In this document: positions 48,878 to 56,071 of the stretch, piece after piece
Numbering within the stretch: the first letter of the stretch is position 1
How the letters are laid out: every line of letters starts with the position of its first letter
DNA from: Clostridiales bacterium
GTDB lineage: Bacteria; Bacillota; Clostridia; Christensenellales; UBA1750
Direction: 5' to 3'
NCBI GenBank assembly: GCA_015056005.1
Contig: SVHB01000003.1
Coordinates: forward strand, 2,283 to 66,282
DNA length: 64,000 nt
Notes under the pieces: model-generated
Database searches by the model: none
What the model was told of the DNA's origin: nothing
What the model saw: only the letters and a program-made list of their open reading frames with translations
Position numbers and translations under genes: made by a program

Positions 48878-49930
48878 TTAAGCTTCCTCCTTTTTGTAAT
48901 CGCCCCTGCCTATGATGACCTCATAGCCGATCTCTTCCATCTGAGAGCGCAGAAGGGCGATGCCTTCCTTTGCCGATATTTCTGTGCCTGCTTTGTCGTT
49001 GTAGAGCATATACTTTTTGCGGACGGACATGGGCGAGAGGTTGGGCATAACTACATTGCAGCCAAAGAGCACTCCCAGCTTTCTTCCGTCCTGATCTGCG
49101 GTGCCAAGCGCTGTGGTGGCCGGCATCATGACATTTGGGAGCATTATGCGGCAAAGCGCCATCATAAGAAGGGTGGTATTCACGCTCCCGGAGGGCGCAT
49201 CGCCAAAGGGTGTATCCTTGTGGGGGATAAAGGGGCCTATACCCACCATCGCGGGGTCGAATTTCTGCATAAACACCATGTCATCGGCAAGGTGGGATGC
49301 GGTCTGGAAAGGTGTGCCCACCATGCAGCCGCAGCCGACCTGATAGCCTATGTCTTTTAAGTCATAAAGGCAGCGGATGCGGTTTTTAAGGCTCAGCTCC
49401 TTTGGGTGAATGAGGGAATAATGCTCCTCGTTTGCCGTTTCATGGCGCAGAAGGTATCTGTTCGCGCCCGCATCAAAAAGCTTTTTGTAGGAATCATAGC
49501 TTCTTTCACCAAGAGAGAGGGTGATGGCGCAGTCGGGATATTCCTCCTTTATGGATGATACGATATCGCACATCCTGTCGTCGGAAAAATAACCGTCCTC
49601 GCCGCCCTGAAGCACGAAGGTCCTGAAGCCGTTTTCATAGCCTTCCCTGCAGCAGGCAAGTATGTCCTGCTTTTCAAGGCGATAGCGCTGAGCGCAGGCA
49701 TTGCTTTTTCTGATGCCGCAGTAATAGCAGTCGTTTTTGCAGATGTTTGAAAATTCGACTATACCGCGGAAATATATCTTCCTGCCGAAAATTCTTTGTG
49801 ATATTTCCAAGGCATGAGTCTGAGCATGGGCAAGGTCGTCCGGAGTATAGGTTGAAATAATTTGCTCAAACTCCTTATGCGAAAGCTGTTTTTCGTCTTT
49901 GAGCTTGTTTATGAGTTCGATGTTTGTCAT
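48878..49930 (-). CDS. hydE: [FeFe]-hydrogenase H-cluster radical SAM maturase HydE
   Basis: EFSNICKNDCYYCGIR, VLQGGED, AGANRYLLRHETAN, MVGIGPFIPHKDTP, PATTALGT and CNVVMPN match Thermotoga HydE blocks as I recall them. Confidence 0.85.
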   Translation of the reverse strand: MTNIELINKLKDEKQLSHKEFEQIISTYTPDDLAHAQTHALEISQRIFGRKIYFRGIVEFSNICKNDCYYCGIRKSNACAQRYRLEKQDILACCREGYENGFRTFVLQGGEDGYFSDDRMCDIVSSIKEEYPDCAITLSLGERSYDSYKKLFDAGANRYLLRHETANEEHYSLIHPKELSLKNRIRCLYDLKDIGYQVGCGCMVGTPFQTASHLADDMVFMQKFDPAMVGIGPFIPHKDTPFGDAPSGSVNTTLLMMALCRIMLPNVMMPATTALGTADQDGRKLGVLFGCNVVMPNLSPMSVRKKYMLYNDKAGTEISAKEGIALLRSQMEEIGYEVIIGRGDYKKEEA

Positions 49931-50997
49931 TTGTGCTGCTCCGTATCCTTTTGATAGACTGTCTTGACGCTGACTGAGGGTATGAGCGATAGTCTGTGGG
50001 AGAGCTCCTCAATGCGGCTCTTTTTGCCGTCAAAGGTGGTGTTTATGATAAACACGTTCCTTTTTCTGTAGGGCATGCCCATCCTGCCGATTATTATATC
50101 GCCGTACTCATGCAGCAGGGCGTTGATATGATTTGCTTTTTCAAAATCGTCAGCGATTATGGTGATGGATGCGAGCGCGTCTTCATCATCGCTTTTCTCT
50201 ATGAGCGCGTTATCGTCGGAAAGCTTTAAGGGCACGACGTTTTTGAATACGCTGTGCGGGGTCTCGATCTCGCCTATTATCGCCTTGACTCCGAAGGTGC
50301 GCTCTATGTTTTCTTCGGTCAGAACCTGAGAAGTGGAACCGAATATCGTTTTGCCGCCCGAGAGTATGAGCGATCTGTCCGCTCTTTGCAGGGCGTGCTC
50401 CGGGTAATGGGTGTTGAATATGCAGCATATGCCGTCTGAGGCAAGCCTGCTTATGGTGTTAAGAACTATGAGCTGATTTTTGAAATCGAGGTTGGATTCG
50501 GGCTCATCCAGAATGAGTATTTGGGGGTCGGATACAAGCGCTCTTGCTATCAGCACCATCTGAAGCTCGCCGCCGCTCATTTTGCTCAGGGGCTTATCAC
50601 GAAGGTGGGCTATGGAAAGCTCTTCAAGCACGCTTTCGGCCTTTTCGATATCATGCTTCCCGGGTGAGGAGAAAAGCGAAAGGTTGCTGCTCCTGCCGAT
50701 CAGCACTGTCTCAAGCGCGCTGTAGGAGGTCGCGGCACCCCTTGCCTGAGGTACGTAGCTCATTATGCCCCAGAGCTTTTTTTCTCCCATTCTGCGGATA
50801 TCGCTTCCGTCGATAAGGCTCTTTCCGTCCTTCCATTTGAGCATGCCCGTCATGCACCTGAGCAGTGTGGTCTTGCCTGCGCCGTTGGGGCCCAATATAG
50901 CCAGCAGTTCGCCCGAGGAAACGGAAAAGTTTACGTCCGAAAAAACATCTTTCTTGTTGTCGTAGGAGAATCTGCCGCCTTTTACTTCAAGTATCAC
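49927..50997 (-). CDS. ABC transporter ATP-binding protein (FepC/FecE-type) with C-terminal TM1266-type ACT-like domain
   Basis: GPNGAGKTTLL, LSGGELQ and ILILDEPESNLD motifs. The last 85 aa or so align without gaps to the product of 52017-52274 (LHEYG..IIGRMG.PYR...VKT.Y). A GTG at 50997 gives a GTGA overlap and 9-nt spacing from GGGAGG; an alternative TTG lies at 51006. Confidence 0.85.
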   Translation of the reverse strand: MILEVKGGRFSYDNKKDVFSDVNFSVSSGELLAILGPNGAGKTTLLRCMTGMLKWKDGKSLIDGSDIRRMGEKKLWGIMSYVPQARGAATSYSALETVLIGRSSNLSLFSSPGKHDIEKAESVLEELSIAHLRDKPLSKMSGGELQMVLIARALVSDPQILILDEPESNLDFKNQLIVLNTISRLASDGICCIFNTHYPEHALQRADRSLILSGGKTIFGSTSQVLTEENIERTFGVKAIIGEIETPHSVFKNVVPLKLSDDNALIEKSDDEDALASITIIADDFEKANHINALLHEYGDIIIGRMGMPYRKRNVFIINTTFDGKKSRIEELSHRLSLIPSVSVKTVYQKDTEQHK

Positions 50998-52013
50998 AGC
51001 TGCCAACCTCCCGATTTTCTCATAAGGTAAATGAAGAACGGTGCGCCGATGATCGCGGTGAGTATGGATATCGGGATATCGGCTGCGGAAACAGACCTTG
51101 CAATTGTGTCAACGATCAGCATGAACGATGCGCCGAAGCTTATCGATGCGGGAACAAGCGACATATGGTTGCTGGAAAACTTCATTCTGCACATATGCGG
51201 CACAAGAAGACCCACCCAGCCGACCTGACCGCACATGGATACGCAGGATGCGGTCATGAGCGTTGCGCATATAACGGTCACGGCGCGAAGCCTTTTGATG
51301 TTTACGCCCGAGGATCTTGCCTCATCCTCGGACAGCGGCAGAAGGTTCATTCTCCATCTGAGAAGGAAGAGCACGCATATCCCAAGCAATATGGGCGGTG
51401 CGCCGTAGATAAGGCTTTCATAGCTTGCATTGCTCAAACTGCCCATGAGCCAGTAGGTGATCGCGGGAAGCTGGGACTCTGCGTCGGCCACGAACTTTAT
51501 GAGCGATACGAGCGCCGAGAACAGCGAACCTATCATGATGCCCGAAAGCACCACGGAAGAAAGCCCTTTGCCCCTGCCTGAGCCAGCGGCCCATGTCATC
51601 AAAACTGCGGCTGCGCCGAAAATGAAGGAGGTGATCTGTATTCCGAGCATCTTAAAGCCTATCAGTATGCCAAACGCCGCGCCGAAGCTTGCGCCGCTGG
51701 CAACGCCTAAGGTGTCGGGAGTGGCAAGCGGGTTTGCAAAAAGGCTCTGGAACGCGCAGCCCGCGCAGGAAAGCCCCATGCCCGCAAGCAGCGCCAGAAG
51801 TATTCTGGGTATGCGGATGTTGACTATGGTGCTCATGACCATTTTATCGACAAGCTGCTGCCCGGTTATCTTTGATATTATCGCTTTTATAGTATCAACA
51901 GGGGTTATCCAGATCCTGCCCGAGCCAAGAGCGATGATCGAAAGGACGATGGGAAATACGATAAGAAAAATTATCCATGGTGCGGAAAGCCTTCCGCCGC
52001 TGCTGTTTTTCAT
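50994..52013 (-). CDS. ABC transporter permease, FecCD family
   Basis: LLAGMGLSCAGCAFQSLFANPLATPDTLGVASGASFGAA and multiple TM segments typical of FecCD/BtuC. Confidence 0.85.
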   Translation of the reverse strand: MKNSSGGRLSAPWIIFLIVFPIVLSIIALGSGRIWITPVDTIKAIISKITGQQLVDKMVMSTIVNIRIPRILLALLAGMGLSCAGCAFQSLFANPLATPDTLGVASGASFGAAFGILIGFKMLGIQITSFIFGAAAVLMTWAAGSGRGKGLSSVVLSGIMIGSLFSALVSLIKFVADAESQLPAITYWLMGSLSNASYESLIYGAPPILLGICVLFLLRWRMNLLPLSEDEARSSGVNIKRLRAVTVICATLMTASCVSMCGQVGWVGLLVPHMCRMKFSSNHMSLVPASISFGASFMLIVDTIARSVSAADIPISILTAIIGAPFFIYLMRKSGGWQL

Positions 52014-52016
52014 AGC

Positions 52017-52274
52017 TTATGCCTTTGTGATAACATTGGAGTATGCGGTCTTGACCGTCACGCCCTCGAGCGTTCCGATCTTTCCCGAAAGCGCCGCGAT
52101 GGTGTTCTGGGGAGCGTCGATGGCGATAGAGATGATGTTTACCTTCTTCTCTCGGTAGGGGATGCCCATCCTGCCGATTATGAACATGCCGTATTCATGA
52201 AGGATGGAGTTGAGCTGCTCAACCGAGTTTGGATTTTCCACTATAATGCTGATGACCGCTACTCTTGTTTCCAT
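52017..52274 (-). CDS. TM1266-type small ACT-like protein (family annotated as putative iron-only hydrogenase system regulator)
   Basis: 85 aa starting METRVAVISIIVEN after GAAAGGAAG. LHEYGMFIIGRMGIPYR core. The family is known for clustering with hydE/F/G. Confidence 0.7.
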   Translation of the reverse strand: METRVAVISIIVENPNSVEQLNSILHEYGMFIIGRMGIPYREKKVNIISIAIDAPQNTIAALSGKIGTLEGVTVKTAYSNVITKA

Positions 52275-52301
52275 TTTATATCTTCCTTTCGGTATTTTGG
52301 T

Positions 52302-52340
52302 AAAATAAAAATCGCTGTACCCATAAAAAGGTACAGCGAT
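52302..52340 (-). terminator. intrinsic terminator inside the 5' leader of the hyd/nif-like operon (attenuator)
   Basis: The minus strand reads atcgctgtacc-tttttat-ggtacagcgat followed by ttttatttt, 27 nt upstream of the first start codon. No upstream same-strand gene exists for it to terminate. Confidence 0.55.
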
Positions 52341-52429
52341 AAAGCATGACAAATATATCATGATAAAGCCTGTTCGCCGCACCTTTCAGTCAGAAACCTT
52401 TCGGGATCTTTATGTCAGGCACCTGTATC

Positions 52430-52458
52430 ATTATACTATATTTTCTCGTTTATGTAAA
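52430..52458 (-). promoter_or_regulatory. sigma-70-type promoter of the hyd/nif-like operon
   Basis: The minus strand reads TTTACA-17 nt-TATAAT (tttacataaacgagaaaatatagtataat). Confidence 0.6.
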
Positions 52459-52545
52459 GAAGGCGCTTTACCAATTATTCCTTGACAGCAAAACACCGCT
52501 TAGTGTATCTTTATATCATACGAAGCGCCTTTGAAAGGAGCAAAG

Positions 52546-53349
52546 ATGAATAAACTTGTAAGGGCTGCCGTTGTGCTTATCGCGCTTTCGGTGATGTCTA
52601 TATCCGGCTATAAGCTTCTGGAAATATTTTCCGAGTACAGGCAAGGTGAAAACGTGTATATCGGCGCGCTGGATGAGTTCGTTTTAAGCGAAAGCACCAA
52701 AGCTCCCGATAAAAACACGGATACCATTGACGGACCGAGCCGCACCATGCCGCCAAGGACTGAGGATGTTTTCAAAAAAGAGGTTCCAATCGAGATAGAT
52801 TTTGATTCGCTGATACAAAAATACCCCGATGTTATCGGCTGGATATACTGTGAGGATACGCCCATTAATTACCCTGTCGTGCAGGCGGACGATAACGATC
52901 ATTATCTTTACCGCACCTATAACGGGCAGGACAACAAGGCCGGCTCCATATATGCCGATTTCAGGAATTCCGCAGATTTTTCCGATCTGAATACGCTCAT
53001 ATACGGGCATAACATGAAGAACGATTCCATGTTCGGCACGCTGAAGGATTATTATAAACAGGAATATTATAACGAGCATCCCGTGATCTGGCTGCTCACG
53101 CCCGAAAAGAATTACCGCCTTGACCTTCTGGCGGGAAAGATCGTGGATGTTTCAAGCGATGCATATACGCTTTTTGAAGACGGGGACGAGTTTTCGGAGC
53201 ATGTAGAATGGCTGATGAAAAGGTCTTCTTTTGAGGCGAATGTCGACGCGGAAAGCGTCGAAAGAATAGTTACTCTTTCCACCTGTACATCTGCAGGGGA
53301 TGACGACGAAAGATATATTGTGGCATGTGCGCTGGTGGAAATTGATTAG
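52546..53349 (+). CDS. srtB: class B sortase
   Basis: N-terminal TM anchor, IGWIY..TPINYPVVQ, GSIYADFRN, LIYGHNMKNDSMFG, and catalytic TLSTC. Confidence 0.8.
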   Translation: MNKLVRAAVVLIALSVMSISGYKLLEIFSEYRQGENVYIGALDEFVLSESTKAPDKNTDTIDGPSRTMPPRTEDVFKKEVPIEIDFDSLIQKYPDVIGWIYCEDTPINYPVVQADDNDHYLYRTYNGQDNKAGSIYADFRNSADFSDLNTLIYGHNMKNDSMFGTLKDYYKQEYYNEHPVIWLLTPEKNYRLDLLAGKIVDVSSDAYTLFEDGDEFSEHVEWLMKRSSFEANVDAESVERIVTLSTCTSAGDDDERYIVACALVEID

Positions 53350-53359
53350 GAGGGATATC

Positions 53360-54430
53360 ATGCGCATAGAAGAGCTCGATAAAAACCTGAAGGTAGAAAC
53401 TAAGATAAACAAAGATGATATTATCTGGCTTTCGCCAAAGGAAGCGCCTTTTGTGATATACGGGCTTTGCGGAAACGGGTCGGATCTGCCCTATCACAGA
53501 GTGCCCAAGGACGTGGCGGAAAAAACCAGCGAGGGCGTTAAAAATCTTGCGTGGCATACCGCAGGCGGCAGGGTGCGCTTTGCGACCGATTCACCCTATA
53601 TCGCCATAAAGGCAGTAATGCCCAAAACTGCTACCATGGTGCATATGACCAAGGCGGGTCAGTCCGGTTTTGACCTTTATGAAGACGTTGACGGCGCTCC
53701 TGCGTATTATTCGACCTTTATGCCCATATCGGGCGTGACTGATGGTTACGAATCGCTGGCGGAAATGAAAAATCCGAGGATGACGACCTATTCCATAAAC
53801 ATGCCGCTCTATGACGGAGTAAATGAGCTGTATATCGGTCTGAAGCAGGGCTCTCAGATAGCTGCGCCCAGAAAATACAAGCACGAAAAGCCGGTGCTTT
53901 ATTACGGCTCTTCAATAACGCAGGGCGGCTGCGCGTCCCGACCGGGCAATTCATATCAGGCGATGATAGAGCGCATGCTGGATACTGATTACATAAACCT
54001 CGGCTTTTCCGGAAATGCAAAGGGCGAGGAGGTCATGGTGAACTACCTTGCCTCCCTTGATGTTTCCGTGTTTGTCTGCGATTATGACCATAACGCACCT
54101 AATGTCGAGCACCTGAGCAAAACTCATCTGCCTCTTTACCGCGCTTACAGGGAAGCGAACCCAAAAACTCCCATAGTTTTTGTTACCCGTCCCGATTTTT
54201 ACAGATATTCGCAAAGCGCCGATTCACCCGACAGGCGCAAGGTGGTATACGATACCTATATGACCGCCAAAAACGAGGGCGATGAAAACGTGTACTTCAT
54301 CGACGGCGAGACATTGTTTGAAGGACCGCTCAGGGATTCCTGCACTGTCGACGGCTGCCATCCCAACGACCTCGGCTTTTTCAGAATGGCGCAGGTAATA
54401 GGAAAAGTGATCAAAAATATAATAGATTAA
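53360..54430 (+). CDS. SGNH/GDSL-type hydrolase family protein
   Basis: YYGSSITQGG (block I Ser), GFSGNA and DGCHPND (block V D..H). AGGAGGG RBS. Confidence 0.75.
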   Translation: MRIEELDKNLKVETKINKDDIIWLSPKEAPFVIYGLCGNGSDLPYHRVPKDVAEKTSEGVKNLAWHTAGGRVRFATDSPYIAIKAVMPKTATMVHMTKAGQSGFDLYEDVDGAPAYYSTFMPISGVTDGYESLAEMKNPRMTTYSINMPLYDGVNELYIGLKQGSQIAAPRKYKHEKPVLYYGSSITQGGCASRPGNSYQAMIERMLDTDYINLGFSGNAKGEEVMVNYLASLDVSVFVCDYDHNAPNVEHLSKTHLPLYRAYREANPKTPIVFVTRPDFYRYSQSADSPDRRKVVYDTYMTAKNEGDENVYFIDGETLFEGPLRDSCTVDGCHPNDLGFFRMAQVIGKVIKNIID

Positions 54431-54445
54431 ACGATAAAACAATAA

Positions 54446-54477
54446 AACGGCTTCGAAGCATATCGAAGCCGTTTTTT
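54446..54477 (+). terminator. intrinsic terminator
   Basis: Stem aacggcttcga/tcgaagccgtt followed by a T-run. Confidence 0.7.
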
Positions 54478-54525
54478 ATCGGGCGGCAGGAAGCGTACAA
54501 CCGCCCTCACATGAAGAAGGATGAG

Positions 54526-56019
54526 TTATTCTGTCACGCGCAGATCAAATGCTTTGAACGCTGCTTTACCGTGCTGGGCGAACATGCCAAGGAAGACGCC
54601 GGTGAACGAGCGGGGGACGACGGTTTCGGAGCAGAGCGATGCACAAAGCGCTTTGCCCAGGGTTATCTGAGTATCTCCTGCCATAATTCCGAAATAGAGA
54701 TACTTGTTGTCGCCCTTTATGAAGAGCTCGGCTTCGTCGCAGTCTGTAAGCATTACTCTGCCGGGCTTATCGTTTATGAATGCGGCAGTGCGGGAGAATA
54801 CCGCGTATGTATCGCCGTTTTCGGTTTCAACATAAATATCGTGGTGATAGCCTGCGGTCTGCATTATGGATATGCCTGCTTTTTTGGCATCGGTGTTTTT
54901 AAGATCCAGCTTTGCTGTCAGCAGTATGTTAAAATCGGGCTGACGAACGCCTGCGAAGGTGGGCTGTGCGTTAACATCGTCAAGGCTTGTGCCGCTGCCG
55001 ATGAGGGTCAGGGTGCGGGAATCCTTATCGTGGATATAGCGCTCCCTTTCGGGGTTTCTAACAAAGGTAAAACGCTTGTCAAAGCTGTCTTTATCAAAAT
55101 CATAGGAGACGTCATGGCATACGGGCTTTACCGTTTCGATCTTGGGCAGGGGGGCATCCATTTCGGGAAGAGCGTAGCCGCCAAGACCTACCACGGGCCA
55201 GCCGTCTTCCCATTTCATGGGAGCAAGGAAGGTTTCACGACCAAGAATCTGGAGCTTCAAGCGCGGCAGCATTCTGTAGCCTAAAAATACCATCCACCAG
55301 TTTCCGTTTTCATCCTCGAAAATATCGGCGTGACCGGTAGCGGAGATGGGCAGATCGCGTTCCTGATGGCAAAGGATGGGGTTGTTTGGGCAGCTCTCAT
55401 AGGGTCCGAATACGTTTTGGGAGCGGAAAACGGTTACCCTGTGGCCAAGTTCTGTGCCGCCCTCGGCGCAGATAAGGTAATACATACCGTCCTTTTTGTA
55501 CATATGGGGCGCTTCAAGCGCTCTGCCACCTGTGCCGAAGGTGAGGGTGTGCCTGTCGGACAGCACTTCTCCGGTATTCGGGTCGATCTCAAAGGCAACA
55601 ATGCCCTTGGGATTTGAGCAAAAATAGCATTTGCCGTCATCATCCCAGAAAAGCGAGGGATCGATGCCGCCCGCATCGACCTTAATCGGATCGGACCATT
55701 CGCCGTAAATATCATCGGTGTAAACAAAGAAATTTCCCAGACCGCTCGTGTGGGTGGTGACCATATAGAACCTGCCCTCGTGATAGCGGATGGTCGCGGC
55801 GTAAATGCCTTTGGAGCTTGGGGTGCCGATAAGATCAAGCTGGCTGTCCTTGGTCAGGCAATGCCCGATAAGCTCCCAGTTTACAAGGTTTTTGCTGTGA
55901 TAGATGGGTACGCCGGGGAAATGTTCAAATGTGGAGGTCACAAGGTAATAATCATCTCCCACCCTTATGCAGCTGGGGTCGGGATTGTACCCGGGGATGA
56001 TCGGATTTTTGTATATCAT
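54526..56019 (-). CDS. GH43 beta-xylosidase/alpha-L-arabinofuranosidase
   Basis: MIYKNPIIPGYNPDPSCIRVGDDYYLVTSTFEHFPGVPIYHSKNLVNW is a classic GH43 N-terminus. ATG at 56019 follows GGAAGGAG. Confidence 0.85.
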   Translation of the reverse strand: MIYKNPIIPGYNPDPSCIRVGDDYYLVTSTFEHFPGVPIYHSKNLVNWELIGHCLTKDSQLDLIGTPSSKGIYAATIRYHEGRFYMVTTHTSGLGNFFVYTDDIYGEWSDPIKVDAGGIDPSLFWDDDGKCYFCSNPKGIVAFEIDPNTGEVLSDRHTLTFGTGGRALEAPHMYKKDGMYYLICAEGGTELGHRVTVFRSQNVFGPYESCPNNPILCHQERDLPISATGHADIFEDENGNWWMVFLGYRMLPRLKLQILGRETFLAPMKWEDGWPVVGLGGYALPEMDAPLPKIETVKPVCHDVSYDFDKDSFDKRFTFVRNPERERYIHDKDSRTLTLIGSGTSLDDVNAQPTFAGVRQPDFNILLTAKLDLKNTDAKKAGISIMQTAGYHHDIYVETENGDTYAVFSRTAAFINDKPGRVMLTDCDEAELFIKGDNKYLYFGIMAGDTQITLGKALCASLCSETVVPRSFTGVFLGMFAQHGKAAFKAFDLRVTE

Positions 56020-56071
56020 ATTTTCTCCTTCCAAAAAGGCTTGCCGGAGGAACCGGCAAGCCTTGCATCTA

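Noticed and set aside
46782-49360. Plus-strand ORFs 46782..47594 (270 aa) and 48407..49360 (317 aa)
   Set aside because: They are antisense to the nif-like and hydE genes, which have clear motifs. They have no RBS or recognisable domains.
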